A stretch of 64,000 nt of DNA from an uncultured Alphaproteobacteria bacterium (GCA_944392815.1 CALXXY010000003.1:20096-84095), one strand, 5' to 3'; shown: positions 1 to 10,962, counted from the first letter of the stretch. Numbers and translations are program-made. The notes: generated by a model from the letters alone, not told the origin.

Positions 1-918
1 GCGGTGTTAACCAAACGCCCGCACACACCACGCGCGATAAATGTCGCCACACCAACGACTGACAATAAAAAAGTTCGCGGCATGGGCGAAAATGATGCAT
101 ATGACAAAGTGCTGTTGGCGCGTAATGAAAACCGCCCGCATTTTCTGGATTACATTAACGGCATAGTTGATGATTGGACATATTTGGCCGGCGACCGCCT
201 GTTTGGCGAAGACCCCGCCATGTGTGGCGGTATTGGTTATTGGCGCGACATTCCGGCCGTCATAATCGGCCAGGAAAAGGGTCGCACAATTGAAACCCGC
301 CAATTTCATCGTTTCGGCATGCCCAACCCCGAGGGCTATCGCAAAGCCCAACGTCTGATGCGATTGGCTGAAAAATTCAAATTACCGTTGATATCGTTGT
401 TTGATACCGCGGGCGCATTCGCCGGCAGTGCCGCCGAAGAACGCGGTCAATCCCAGGCAATCGCCGAATCTATCGCAACGGGATTGTCCATAAAAACGCC
501 ATACGTCGCGGTTAATGTAGGCGAGGGCGGCAGTGGCGGTGCCATCGCCATCGGCACAGGCGACCGCGTATTAATGCTGGAAAACACGATTTATTCGGTG
601 ATTGCACCGGAATCCTGCGCCAGTATTTTATGGAAAGATAACAAATACAAGGCCACAGCCGCCGCCGCAATGAAATTGACTGCGCGCGACATGGCCGATT
701 TGAATGTTATCGATAAAATAGTGGACGAACCGTCCGGCGGCGCACACACAGATTGGCAAACAACCATGGAAATGTTGGCCACATCTGTGTCTGAACAAAT
801 CAGGGAATTACAGAAAATCCCAACCGACACATTGCCGGCACGCCGTGGCGAAAAATTTTTGGCCATGACGCGTGACGTGGAATTCTGTGCACCGGCACAT
901 GACGCCGACGATAAATAA
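1..918 (+). CDS. accA: Acetyl-CoA carboxylase carboxyltransferase alpha subunit, 5' end cut by the window edge
   Basis: Translation aligns with AccA from about residue 35 onward (GMPNPEGYRKAQRLMRLAEKF, VGEGGSGGA motifs). No upstream start within the window. Confidence 0.9.
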   Translation, partial: AVLTKRPHTPRAINVATPTTDNKKVRGMGENDAYDKVLLARNENRPHFLDYINGIVDDWTYLAGDRLFGEDPAMCGGIGYWRDIPAVIIGQEKGRTIETRQFHRFGMPNPEGYRKAQRLMRLAEKFKLPLISLFDTAGAFAGSAAEERGQSQAIAESIATGLSIKTPYVAVNVGEGGSGGAIAIGTGDRVLMLENTIYSVIAPESCASILWKDNKYKATAAAAMKLTARDMADLNVIDKIVDEPSGGAHTDWQTTMEMLATSVSEQIRELQKIPTDTLPARRGEKFLAMTRDVEFCAPAHDADDK

Positions 919-946
919 AAAACGGGGCAACGCCCCGTTTTTTTCT
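917..946 (+). terminator. Rho-independent terminator after accA
   Basis: GC stem ggggcaacgcccc followed by a T7 run. Confidence 0.7.
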
Positions 947-1019
947 GCGGTGTGCGAATAAAACAAATTTCGCCCTTGCATTTAATTTTTCATTTCTGTA
1001 TAATACCCCACGCAACCAC

Positions 1020-1109
1020 GCGGAGCGTTGGCAGAGTGGTAATGCAGCAGATTGCTAATCTGTGACCGTGTTTTAGCGGTCCATAGGTTCGAGTCCTATA
1101 CGCTCCGCC
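1020..1109 (+). tRNA. tRNA-Ser (anticodon GCU), type II with long variable arm
   Basis: Cloverleaf by eye: acceptor GCGGAGC/GCTCCGC; anticodon stem CAGA/TCTG with loop TTGCTAA giving GCU; long extra arm; T-loop GGTTCGAGTCC. Confidence 0.8.
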
Positions 1110-1249
1110 AGAAATTTTTTAAATGACTATTCGTATTATTAATTTTTACTGTTGTTGTCGATAAATTCGCCGTACTGCGAACATTTTTGTTTGCAATTAT
1201 TCACCCATTTCAATAACATTCTTTTATATTCAGCAAAGGAACACGCATA

Positions 1250-2677
1250 ATGACAATCAGATTATTTAACACCATGACCCGCAAAATCGAAGAATTCAAA
1301 CCATTAACCCCCGGCAAAATGGGATTTTATTCGTGCGGCCCGACTGTTTATCACTATGCGCACATCGGCAACCTGCGCACAATGATTCATAATGACATTT
1401 TAAAACGCATGTTTGTTGAAAACGGCTATGCCGTGCACCACGTCATGAACATCACAGACGTTGGCCATCTGACCAGCGACGACGCCGACAGTGGCGATGA
1501 CAAAATGGAACGTGGCGCGGCACGCGACCATAAATCCGTCTGGGAAATAGCAAAATTTTACACAGACGAATTTCTGCGCGATTTTGACGATTTGAACAAC
1601 ATTCGTCCAACCGACATGCCGCGCGCCACTGATTACATTGCTGAACAAATCGATTTGGTTAAAAAATTACAGGATTTGGGCTATACATACGAAATTCCGG
1701 GTGACGGCATTTATTACGACACCAGCAAATTCGCCGCATACGGTGCATTAACCGGCGGTTCAGTTGCGGGCAATCGCGCGGGTGCACGTGTTGAATATAA
1801 CAACGAAAAACACAACCCAACTGATTTCGCATTATGGAAATTTTCCCCAACCGACCAAAAACGTCAAATGGAATGGGACAGCCCCTGGGGCATCGGGTTC
1901 CCCGGCTGGCACGCAGAATGCAGCGCGATGAGCATGAAATTATTGGGCAACCATTTTGACATTCATACCGGCGGCGAAGATTTATCCCGCATTCATCACA
2001 CCAACGAAATCGCCCAAAGTGAACCTATTACCGGCGCCCCGTGGGTCAGTTATTGGGTGCATTTCAGTTTTCTGGTTGATAAATCCGGCGAAAAAATGAG
2101 TAAATCAAACGGCGAATTCCTGGGGCTGGACGTCATTCGCAAACGCGGATATGACACAATGGTATACCGCTATTTGATTTTGCTGGGGCACTATCAAACG
2201 CAACTGGCATTTTCATGGGACGCCATGGACGCGGCCGCGAACGGATATAAAAACATTGTTCGGCGCGTGGCTGAAATTCTGGCGGACACAGACCCGGGCG
2301 CACTGGTTGAATCCACATTCAACGAATGGCACGACCGCATTTTGAATCCCGTATCAGACAACATGAAAACAGCGGAATCATTGGTCCAGGTCCAAGAATT
2401 ACTGCGTGACAAATCAATAAACGCATCGACCAAAATCGCACTGTTTGAATTTATCGACCGCCTGTTGGGATTACAATTCATCGACCGCGCGAAAAAATTA
2501 AACGACACAGAATCCGAAACCGCCCCGGCGGAAATCATCGCAATGGCCGACGCCCGCGCCGCCGCCAAATCCGCACGTGATTGGGCACGCGCAGACGAAT
2601 TGCGTGCACAAATCGACGCGGCCGGCTGGACTGTGATTGACACCCGCGACGGCACAAAAATTGTGAAAAAAGTGTAA
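1250..2677 (+). CDS. cysS: Cysteinyl-tRNA synthetase
   Basis: HIGH-type motif HIGN near the N-terminus, KMSKS motif, and overall class I CysRS architecture. Confidence 0.95.
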   Translation: MTIRLFNTMTRKIEEFKPLTPGKMGFYSCGPTVYHYAHIGNLRTMIHNDILKRMFVENGYAVHHVMNITDVGHLTSDDADSGDDKMERGAARDHKSVWEIAKFYTDEFLRDFDDLNNIRPTDMPRATDYIAEQIDLVKKLQDLGYTYEIPGDGIYYDTSKFAAYGALTGGSVAGNRAGARVEYNNEKHNPTDFALWKFSPTDQKRQMEWDSPWGIGFPGWHAECSAMSMKLLGNHFDIHTGGEDLSRIHHTNEIAQSEPITGAPWVSYWVHFSFLVDKSGEKMSKSNGEFLGLDVIRKRGYDTMVYRYLILLGHYQTQLAFSWDAMDAAANGYKNIVRRVAEILADTDPGALVESTFNEWHDRILNPVSDNMKTAESLVQVQELLRDKSINASTKIALFEFIDRLLGLQFIDRAKKLNDTESETAPAEIIAMADARAAAKSARDWARADELRAQIDAAGWTVIDTRDGTKIVKKV

Positions 2678-2800
2678 ATTTTCACAATTTTGCCAATTTA
2701 CGCCAAAAAATTCATTTTATGGCGTAATTTTGTGCAAAAAGGGCTTGAATTCAGGGGCATTTTGGTATATATTACCCCCAGCAAACAAGAGGAACGTTCT

Positions 2801-3331
2801 ATGAATTACCCATATATGCCAAAATCCACCGCGTTGTGGTTGATTGAAAACACGTCATTGACGTTTGAACAAATCGCTGATTTCTGCGGCCTGCATGAAC
2901 TGGAGGTTAAAAGTATCGCTGATGCCGAAACGACCAAGGTCCAGGGATTGAATCCGATTTTAAACGGTCAATTAACACGCGAAGACATCGAACGTTGCGA
3001 ATCCGATCCGTCGGCACGCCTGCAACTGCGCCAGGAAATTATCAACGCGCAACAGGCCCAAAACAAACGTGGTGTTGGCTATACACCAAAATTGCACCGT
3101 CAAAATCGTTTGGGTGGCATATTATGGATTTTGAAAAACTATCCTGAATTATCAGACGGCCAGGTCGCACGCCTGATGCGCAGCACAAATCCGACTGTGG
3201 CGTCTGTACGCAACAAAACACACAAATCGTATTCCATTATTCAAATTCAAAGTCCGATTGTGTTGGGGCTGGTGTCCGAATCCGCGCTGCATGACGCGGT
3301 TGCCAAGGCCAGAAAACAATCCAACAAATAA
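2801..3331 (+). CDS. Conserved alphaproteobacterial protein, DUF1013-like
   Basis: Probable start at the ATG with AGAGGAA RBS, giving MNYPYMPKSTALWLIENTSLTFEQIADFCGLHELEVK. The N-terminal motif resembles the DUF1013 family. The longer ORF from 2690 is probably a non-coding extension. Confidence 0.55.
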   Translation: MNYPYMPKSTALWLIENTSLTFEQIADFCGLHELEVKSIADAETTKVQGLNPILNGQLTREDIERCESDPSARLQLRQEIINAQQAQNKRGVGYTPKLHRQNRLGGILWILKNYPELSDGQVARLMRSTNPTVASVRNKTHKSYSIIQIQSPIVLGLVSESALHDAVAKARKQSNK

Positions 3332-3367
3332 TAAACACATTTGACACAGGCGAAGAAGGGCGCGTTC

Positions 3368-5455
3368 ATGGCAAAAAAATTGGACCAAGCAACCAAATTA
3401 CTGATTGATTCATTACCGGAAAATCTGCAAAAATTGGCCACAACCGCGGTCGAGATTGGCTATTTATCCAAAATGGATTTTGATGCCGCCACCGAAGCGG
3501 ACGAAGTCCCATCGGACGAACAGGACGAAGTTCTGGATTTTTTTCAACAGGATTTAGGCCTGGAAATTTTGGAAACAGATAATTTTGCCCAAAATATTAA
3601 CAAATACTATGACGACGATTCCGACGAACAGCAATTGGACAAAACCCGCAATCTGTTAAATGCGGACGCCGAACAGGTCGACGTCAACGATGACGATTAC
3701 GAACACTATGCCAAACAATTGGAACGCAGCCAAACGGGCAATCTGGTTCTGGGGGTCCAGGATTCAGTTCAATCATATTTGAAACAAATCGGCACAGTGC
3801 AATTATTAACCGCCGCAGGCGAGGTTGCCATCGCCCAACGTATCGAGGCCGCGTCCCGCCTGATGGTATACGGTCTGTGCGAAAGCCCGATGACTATCCA
3901 GGCCATGTTGGATTGGTATCAACAATTATTAAATGACGACATTCGTCTGCGCTATATCGTAAATTTGGAAGTAATGTATTCCAGCGACGCGGAACAAAAA
4001 TCTTTGGCCGCGATTTCTGAAACATTAAAATCCAAGGGCGTCGAACACGTCGACGAATTGGACGATGACGACCTGGACGATCTGGAAGAATCCACCATGT
4101 CCGACGATGACGACGACGAAGAAGATGACGACGATGAAGAAGATGGTATCAAAAAAGAAGATACCCCGCGTGGTACATCTGGCGTTCCAATCCCAGTAAT
4201 GGAAGAAGCGTTAATGCCGATGATGATGGAATTATTCGGCAAAATTAAGCGAATATTCAACAACATGCAAAAATTACAGGCCAAACGTCTGGAAAATCTG
4301 GAAACATCGTCAAAACCAGACGACGCACTGGAAAAGAAATATAACAAAATGCGCCTGGAATTGTTTGAACACGTCAGCAAAATCCGCCTGAACGACGATC
4401 GTATCGCTGAAATTTTGGAACAATTAACCAAACGCGACCAGTTGTTAATGGGGCTCGAGGGTAAATTACTGCGCCTGGCCATGGCCAACAAAATCAAGCG
4501 CGAAGATTTCCTGGCCGAATACACCGGCAACGAAATCAATCGCAATTGGGTCAAAAAATTAATGCGCAGCAAAAACCCAACCTGGGCAAATTTTGCAAAA
4601 AAACATGAAAAAGATATTCTGAAAATCCAACAGGATATCACCGCCATTGCAATCGAAACAGGCCAGCCAACCGCCGAATATAAAAAGGTCGTCGAATTGG
4701 TTCGTCGTGGCCAGGCCGAAGCCGCCCGTGCAAAACGCGAAATGATCGAGGCCAACCTGCGTCTGGTTATCAAATTCGCAAAAAAATCCAGCAACCGCGG
4801 ATTGGGACTGGACTTTTCCGATTTGGTCCAGGACGGCAATATTGGTCTGATGAAGGCCGTTGATAAATTCGATTATCGTCTGGGCAATAAATTTTCAACA
4901 TACGCCACCAACTGGATTCAACAGGGCATTTCCCGCAGCATAGCGGACCAGGCCCGCACAATCCGCATTCCTGTGCATATGATTGATAATATCCACAAAA
5001 TCCAGCGCGCCACACGCCAATTCATGCACAAATATGGCCGCCAGCCCACACCCGAAGAATTATCAAAAATCATCTATCTGCCGGTGGACAAAATCCACAA
5101 AGCATTAAAAGTTAACCTGAAACCAATATCACTCGAGGCCCCCGTCGGAACCGAGGACGACAGCAGCCGCATTGAAATCATCGCGGACGAAACGGCCAAA
5201 AATCCGTTTGTGTCGGCCGCCCAGAAAAACCTGCGCAAAATCGTCACGCAGATTCTGTCGGAACTGGACCCCAAGGAAGAAACTGTTCTGCGTCAGCGTT
5301 TCGGTATGAGCACCAACAAAACCAGCACCCTGGAAGAGGTTGGCGAATACATCGGCGTCACCCGTGAACGCATTCGCCAAATTGAACAAAAGGCGTTGCA
5401 GAAACTGAAACACCCGACACGCGCACGCAAACTGCGCAGCTTTCTGGAAGATTAA
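3368..5455 (+). CDS. rpoD: RNA polymerase sigma-70 factor RpoD with acidic D/E-rich insertion
   Basis: Regions 2-4 are conserved (DLVQDGNIGLMKAVDKFDYRLGNKFSTYATNWIQQ; region 4 HTH at the C-terminus). ATG at 3368 has an AAGAAGGG RBS. Confidence 0.95.
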   Translation: MAKKLDQATKLLIDSLPENLQKLATTAVEIGYLSKMDFDAATEADEVPSDEQDEVLDFFQQDLGLEILETDNFAQNINKYYDDDSDEQQLDKTRNLLNADAEQVDVNDDDYEHYAKQLERSQTGNLVLGVQDSVQSYLKQIGTVQLLTAAGEVAIAQRIEAASRLMVYGLCESPMTIQAMLDWYQQLLNDDIRLRYIVNLEVMYSSDAEQKSLAAISETLKSKGVEHVDELDDDDLDDLEESTMSDDDDDEEDDDDEEDGIKKEDTPRGTSGVPIPVMEEALMPMMMELFGKIKRIFNNMQKLQAKRLENLETSSKPDDALEKKYNKMRLELFEHVSKIRLNDDRIAEILEQLTKRDQLLMGLEGKLLRLAMANKIKREDFLAEYTGNEINRNWVKKLMRSKNPTWANFAKKHEKDILKIQQDITAIAIETGQPTAEYKKVVELVRRGQAEAARAKREMIEANLRLVIKFAKKSSNRGLGLDFSDLVQDGNIGLMKAVDKFDYRLGNKFSTYATNWIQQGISRSIADQARTIRIPVHMIDNIHKIQRATRQFMHKYGRQPTPEELSKIIYLPVDKIHKALKVNLKPISLEAPVGTEDDSSRIEIIADETAKNPFVSAAQKNLRKIVTQILSELDPKEETVLRQRFGMSTNKTSTLEEVGEYIGVTRERIRQIEQKALQKLKHPTRARKLRSFLED

Positions 5456-5463
5456 CAACCACA

Positions 5464-5494
5464 AATCCCGCCACCTTTGCGGGATTTTATTTTA
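5464..5494 (+). terminator. Rho-independent terminator after rpoD
   Basis: Stem atcccgcc/ggcgggat followed by a T run. Confidence 0.7.
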
Positions 5495-5510
5495 ACCAAA
5501 TGGACACAAA

Positions 5511-6206
5511 ATGAACAATGGACATATGATAGCAATCGAAGGCACCGACAAAGCAGGCAAACACACCCAGGTTATGAAAATTCTGGAATATCTGCGCGCG
5601 CATGGCATCGCGGCCGAAACACTGGATTTTCCGCAATACAATGCGTTTTTTGGCCGCATGGTGCGTGATTATCTGAACGGCAAATTCGGCGCCACGCGTG
5701 ATTTACCGGCCGAATACACTATGTTGCCATACGCCCTGGACCGGTTGCAGCACCAGCCCAAAATCGCCACATGGTTGCGCGACGGCAAATGGGTAATTTT
5801 GGACAGATACACATACAGCAATTCTTTTTCTGTTGCGAAATACCCACGCGAACAATGGCCAGACAAAATAAAATTTATGGAAGATTTAGAATTCAACCAA
5901 CTGGGCATAATCAAACCCGATTACAATATATATTTATACCTGGATCCGCGCATATCATACAACATGCGCCACACAGGATTAAAACAATATCAAAACGGCC
6001 GCCCAGACATTCACGAAAGCGATTTTAAATTGCTGTACGATGTATCAAACGTATACAAACAAATCGCGACATCAAACCCAACAACATGGACAGTTGTGGA
6101 CGAAATGCGTCCCGACGGCACCCGCATGGGCATTGACGAAGTATTTTCGCACCTGACCCCGGTGATTGATAAATTAATCACCACCCACAACACAAAAATA
6201 CGTTGA
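5511..6206 (+). CDS. Thymidylate kinase-like P-loop nucleotide kinase (divergent)
   Basis: P-loop IAIEGTDKAGKHTQ and a DRY motif (ILDRYTYS) typical of the dTMP kinase family. Otherwise divergent. Confidence 0.55.
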   Translation: MNNGHMIAIEGTDKAGKHTQVMKILEYLRAHGIAAETLDFPQYNAFFGRMVRDYLNGKFGATRDLPAEYTMLPYALDRLQHQPKIATWLRDGKWVILDRYTYSNSFSVAKYPREQWPDKIKFMEDLEFNQLGIIKPDYNIYLYLDPRISYNMRHTGLKQYQNGRPDIHESDFKLLYDVSNVYKQIATSNPTTWTVVDEMRPDGTRMGIDEVFSHLTPVIDKLITTHNTKIR

Positions 6207-6210
6207 TTAT

Positions 6211-6236
6211 AAAAACGCCCCGATGGGGCGTTTTTG
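6211..6236. terminator. Bidirectional terminator between convergent genes
   Basis: aaaaacgccccgatggggcgttttt is a perfect hairpin with A/T runs on both sides. Confidence 0.75.
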
Positions 6237-6237
6237 A

Positions 6238-8178
6238 TTACACATGTCCCTTTAATGCGATGTAAATTTGCCCCAAATCTGTTTTGGCCAACGTCCCGGC
6301 CAATTTATCTGTACCATCGGCCGCACGCGCCGCATTCAGCACTTTATCAAAACTGCGCACAAATTGCGTTGCCTGTGACCGGAACACCGAATCAGATTTC
6401 AACATTTCGCGCACCTGCTTTTTATCCGCCGCAGACATTATTTTCGCAAACCATTTGGAAAATATTGTTTTATCCCCCGCATGATATTTTTTCCACACCA
6501 CGTCCGGAATTTCCACGCCCGCCGCCCGGGTTAAATCCAACGTCTGCTCATGCAGTTTTTCCAACATTTTATCACTTTGTTTCAGAAAATCGGACGCACT
6601 GACCCGCCCATATGTCGCGGCCGACGGCGTGGCACTTATCGCGTCCATCGGCGCAGTGGCGCGTGCAACCATCATTTGTTTATTCAACGTCTGCATGGTA
6701 TTAACGGCCTTGGTATAATCAGACATCAAATCAATCATTTGTTGACGTGAAGTGCCGGCCAAATCCTCCAGTTTCACGGCAGATTCAGCAATAGTTTCAG
6801 TGGATTCCGTCACCGTCTGTTTCATCAGCGCAATTTTTTCATTCAGATTTTCAACAATTTTCTGCAAATTATCGCCAGTATTCACAGAATCACGCGCCAA
6901 ATCGGGCAGGGCCGAATAATATTTTTCAATCAATTCAGACAGCGGCTGCAATTGCGCCGTGGTTTCGGCCGACATTTTTATCAAATTTTCCGACTGTCCC
7001 GACAACTGTGTATGCGCCGTATTCATTTCCATCAATGTTTCGCGCACCCCGGTTGCCATTGCGCGCACAGATTCCGAAAACGCGCCCGCCGCGGTTTTTG
7101 TATTTTCCAGCGTGGAATTCGCCACCCCAGACACAGTTTTCAATTCGCCAACAATATCATTTGTGAAACCGGTAATATCTTTGTTGAAATGATTGCACAG
7201 TTCGGTCAATTCCTTGGACACATTACGCACAGACGATTCCGTCGTGGTGGCGGACGCCATCAGGCCCTCGACCGCGTCAGTCAATTTGCGCACCTGGGAT
7301 TCGATGGACGTTTCGGACAAACGCACCTGGCCGGCGACAACATTCGCGGTATTTGTTAAATTATTCACCTGGCTGGTCAATTGTTTTTTTGCCTGTTTCC
7401 CAAACGTATCCAATTTGTTCAGATGCCCGTCCAGGGCTTTGTTATTATTTTCCATAATTTCGGCATAATCAGCCGCCGCAGTTTTCACATTTTCAAACCC
7501 CGCCGCGGTATTTTGTGTTAACTCGCCCAATTTTTGCTGCATGGCATCATATTCAGCATTTAAATTTTTCATCTGTTCGGTATTGGATTCGAATTCAGAT
7601 TTCAAATTATCAGACAATTCCGCACCCGACGAAATCCAGTTATCTATATTCGATTGAATTTGTGCAACGTGCGTTGCAACATCTTGATTTGTCATATCAA
7701 TTTGCGACAATAATTCATTGACTGTGGCGCGGAATTTTTCAGTTGACAATTCCACATCATGCCACCCATTTGAATCCACAACACCACGTAAATCTGACAC
7801 AGTATTTTCCAACCGCTGGGACATAACCGCTATTTTTTTTGTCGCATCATCAGTCGACGCAACCAGCAGACCATTTTGTGTATCCAAATCATTTTTTAAT
7901 TCAGTGGCGGCCGCAATTTGCGCCCCCAGCGCGTCACGAATTTTTTGGAAATTCGATTCCATTTTAATCATTTCATCAGCCAGGATATTATTCAACACCC
8001 GCACAGCGTCCTGAACCCGGGCACGTTCCGGTTGGGTCATAATTTTTAACAGTGAATTCATAACCTTTTGTGATTTTCGCGACACAAAAAACAACACAAC
8101 CAGCGCGCACAGCAACAATCCGCCCAAAATTGCGCCACCAATCAAATACATTTGCACAAATTCCATCAATCCCCCCAT
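6238..8178 (-). CDS. Membrane-anchored long coiled-coil protein (unknown function)
   Basis: N-terminal TM helix (LIGGAILGGLLLCALVVLFFV) followed by about 550 aa of heptad-like Q/E/L/T-rich sequence. No catalytic motif recognised. Confidence 0.5.
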   Translation of the reverse strand: MGGLMEFVQMYLIGGAILGGLLLCALVVLFFVSRKSQKVMNSLLKIMTQPERARVQDAVRVLNNILADEMIKMESNFQKIRDALGAQIAAATELKNDLDTQNGLLVASTDDATKKIAVMSQRLENTVSDLRGVVDSNGWHDVELSTEKFRATVNELLSQIDMTNQDVATHVAQIQSNIDNWISSGAELSDNLKSEFESNTEQMKNLNAEYDAMQQKLGELTQNTAAGFENVKTAAADYAEIMENNNKALDGHLNKLDTFGKQAKKQLTSQVNNLTNTANVVAGQVRLSETSIESQVRKLTDAVEGLMASATTTESSVRNVSKELTELCNHFNKDITGFTNDIVGELKTVSGVANSTLENTKTAAGAFSESVRAMATGVRETLMEMNTAHTQLSGQSENLIKMSAETTAQLQPLSELIEKYYSALPDLARDSVNTGDNLQKIVENLNEKIALMKQTVTESTETIAESAVKLEDLAGTSRQQMIDLMSDYTKAVNTMQTLNKQMMVARATAPMDAISATPSAATYGRVSASDFLKQSDKMLEKLHEQTLDLTRAAGVEIPDVVWKKYHAGDKTIFSKWFAKIMSAADKKQVREMLKSDSVFRSQATQFVRSFDKVLNAARAADGTDKLAGTLAKTDLGQIYIALKGHV

Positions 8179-8307
8179 TGGTTAACTTTGACAATTATCA
8201 CACACAGCGCCCCAAATCACAATCATAAAACGCCGCGCCAAACCATATATATACCTTGCAGTTCTATGAAATATATACTAGAATCCCAAAAATAAAGCAA
8301 GGGCATA

Positions 8308-10962
8308 ATGGCTAAAAAATTCACACTTTCACCGGCCCAGGATACCGCCGCAAATCCCGCGGAAAACGTATGGGTCCAGGCAAACGCCGGCACAGGAAAA
8401 ACCAGCGTTCTGGTTCAACGACTGTTGCGTATTTTGTTTCGCACCGACCAAATTGATGATTGTGGCATATTATGCCTGACGTATACCAAGGCCGCGGCCG
8501 GCGAAATGCGCAACCGTATTTTGCGCGAATTACAAAATTGGGCCATGGCGTCCGACGATGAATTAATTGAATTATTGGACAACGTGTCCGAACGCAAACC
8601 CGCGACACTGGACGACATCGCCCACGCCCGCATGGTGTTTTTTAAATACATCGATGACCCAGAATTGTTAAAAATCAAAACAATCCACGGTTTTTGCGAA
8701 GAAATCCTGCGCCAATTTCCTATCGAGGCCGGCATATCCCCATCATGGACATTGGTATCAGACGACACACAACGCGTACTATTACAGGACGCATTTTCAC
8801 ACCTGGTCAATTCCACGAATAACGCAACTGTGTCGGACGCATTTTCATATTTGGTGGAACGAATTGATGAAAATCGCATCGGTGATTTAATGACATTGTT
8901 GGGCGAACATTATCGTACATTTTTTCAGATAAACGATATTATTAATTATCGCAAATATTTCATTGATACGATTACAGAATTTTTAAAATTAAACGACCCG
9001 ATTCAGACCGAAATTTCACCCGAAAAACTGCAAAAGATCATCGATTTGGCCACAATCGATATAAATGCATCAAAAAAGCCGGCACAATACTTGATAGACA
9101 TTGTTAATATTACAAAACAATACATTAACAAAACGGCAGATTTTGAAAAATATAAATCTGCGTATTTAACGCAAAGCGGTACACCCATCAAGAATGTTTC
9201 GCGCAAAGATTATCTGACGACCGAACAACAACGCGTATATGACGTAAATCAGTACAATTTATCAAAACAAATCTTTGACGACACAATGGCTATATTCGAA
9301 TTGTCGGCCGAATTTGCAAAAATTTACGGCAAATTAAAATCCGAACGCAATCTGTTGGACTTCGACGATTTGATTTTATACACAAAAAAATTGTTTTCAT
9401 CACCGGACACCATGGGTTGGGTTTTGTCGCAATTAAATGTGCACCTGGCGCACATTCTGGTGGACGAAGCCCAAGACACCAGCCCACTGCAATGGGATAT
9501 TTTACGCATGTTGTCGGGCGATTTCTTTACAGACGGCGACACAAAAAACAACCACCATTCATTATTCGTCGTCGGTGACACAAAACAATCAATATATGGA
9601 TTCCAGGGCGCGGATCCGCGCGCATTCGCCGCCAGTCGCGACGAAATTTCGAACCAAATTCAACAAAATATGCGTACACTGCAAAATATTCCATTGGTGC
9701 AAAGTTTTCGTTCTATGCCGCAAATTTTGTACGCTGTTGACGCATTTTTTAACAACCCAGACGTTCGCGAGCAAACGGGATTTATAAACAATTCGCACAA
9801 ATGGGCAAAAACGGATCCGAACGCATTTGTGGAATTACACAAACTGGTCGATGCGAACACAACGGACACAAACATAAACGAATACCTGGGACAAATCGCG
9901 GACAAAATCCAATCGGTTATAACCGATGACAAATTCAGCCCAAACGACATCATGGTGCTGGTACAAAATCGTGAACCAATGACGCCATTGCTTGTTCGCG
10001 AATTAAAACGTCGAAATATCCCCGTCGCAGGCAGCGACCGCATTATTTTGCCAAAATTTCCGGCTATTCGCGACCTGTTAAACCTGACACGTTTTTGTAT
10101 TAACCCCGACGACGATTTCAGTTTATGTTGTACTTTAAAAAGTCCAATTTTCAGATTGTCCGAACGTGATATTTTTAATATTTGCAAAATTAAAAATGAC
10201 GAAAATAATACGCGCAAAAACGCATGCAGCGATTACAAACCAACCACTGTTTTTGATGTTTTGTTAAACACCCACCCGGACATTCATGCCCAATTGTCAA
10301 AAATGATAAATTGGTCAGCAACAGTGGCCCCATATTCATTTTACACGAACGTATTGGACACAAACAATATTCGCAGCAGCATGATTGCAGCGCTGGGGAA
10401 CCAGATTGTTGACCCATTGGAAGAATTCCTGACCATATGCCTGGCATATGAACGCACACAATGCGGGACACTGCGGCACTTTTTAAAATGGTTCATCACC
10501 GGCGGCAGCACCATCAAACGCGATATGGACACGGCCCCCGGCGTACGCATAGTGACAGTCCACAGCAGCAAGGGCCTAGAGGCCCCCGTAATATTCCTAA
10601 TCGACACAGTACGCACACCTAAACAGGAACATGTTTTTCCAATAGCCCCGGAAATGCAGTCCGCCACATTACGCGCCCGTGGCGCAAATTTACCATCACC
10701 ATGGCTATGGTCACCACGAGCAAACAATTCCACCGCCCGCGATCGCGCAGTCGCGTCCACATCAAAAACAAAAATCGCCGAATACTATCGGTTATTGTAC
10801 GTCGCCATGACGCGCGCGATAAAACGATTGTACATATATGGATTTGCACCAAAAACCAAACCTGCCGCAGAATTGTCATGGCACACCCAACTGTGGCGCG
10901 TATTGTCCACAAACGAAAAATCAACCGTCACCGACGAAATCATCAGGATAAACGATGTCTGA
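8308..10962 (+). CDS. addA: Double-strand break repair helicase AddA, helicase portion (UvrD/Rep superfamily 1)
   Basis: Walker A ANAGTGKTSVLVQR near the N-terminus, ILCLTYTKAAAGEM, motif II VDEAQDTSPLQW, and C-terminal helicase motifs (VTVHSSKGLEAPVIFL, LLYVAMTRA). Confidence 0.85.
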   Translation: MAKKFTLSPAQDTAANPAENVWVQANAGTGKTSVLVQRLLRILFRTDQIDDCGILCLTYTKAAAGEMRNRILRELQNWAMASDDELIELLDNVSERKPATLDDIAHARMVFFKYIDDPELLKIKTIHGFCEEILRQFPIEAGISPSWTLVSDDTQRVLLQDAFSHLVNSTNNATVSDAFSYLVERIDENRIGDLMTLLGEHYRTFFQINDIINYRKYFIDTITEFLKLNDPIQTEISPEKLQKIIDLATIDINASKKPAQYLIDIVNITKQYINKTADFEKYKSAYLTQSGTPIKNVSRKDYLTTEQQRVYDVNQYNLSKQIFDDTMAIFELSAEFAKIYGKLKSERNLLDFDDLILYTKKLFSSPDTMGWVLSQLNVHLAHILVDEAQDTSPLQWDILRMLSGDFFTDGDTKNNHHSLFVVGDTKQSIYGFQGADPRAFAASRDEISNQIQQNMRTLQNIPLVQSFRSMPQILYAVDAFFNNPDVREQTGFINNSHKWAKTDPNAFVELHKLVDANTTDTNINEYLGQIADKIQSVITDDKFSPNDIMVLVQNREPMTPLLVRELKRRNIPVAGSDRIILPKFPAIRDLLNLTRFCINPDDDFSLCCTLKSPIFRLSERDIFNICKIKNDENNTRKNACSDYKPTTVFDVLLNTHPDIHAQLSKMINWSATVAPYSFYTNVLDTNNIRSSMIAALGNQIVDPLEEFLTICLAYERTQCGTLRHFLKWFITGGSTIKRDMDTAPGVRIVTVHSSKGLEAPVIFLIDTVRTPKQEHVFPIAPEMQSATLRARGANLPSPWLWSPRANNSTARDRAVASTSKTKIAEYYRLLYVAMTRAIKRLYIYGFAPKTKPAAELSWHTQLWRVLSTNEKSTVTDEIIRINDV

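Noticed and set aside
1020-1109. Possible amber-suppressor (CUA) reading of the tRNA anticodon loop
   Set aside because: The CUA reading depended on a 5-nt loop (stem CAGAT/ATCTG). The 7-nt loop TTGCTAA with stem CAGA/TCTG places GCU at positions 34-36, so it is an ordinary tRNA-Ser.
3952-4839. 295-aa Ser-rich ORF on the minus strand
   Set aside because: It lies entirely antisense to rpoD. The poly-Ser stretch is the mirror of the GAY/GAR codons of the rpoD acidic region, so it is a spurious ORF.
6234-8014. Multiple plus-strand ORFs (6234-6602, 6952-7359, 7718-8014 and others)
   Set aside because: All are antisense to the 646-aa coiled-coil gene and have biased Arg/His/Phe composition.
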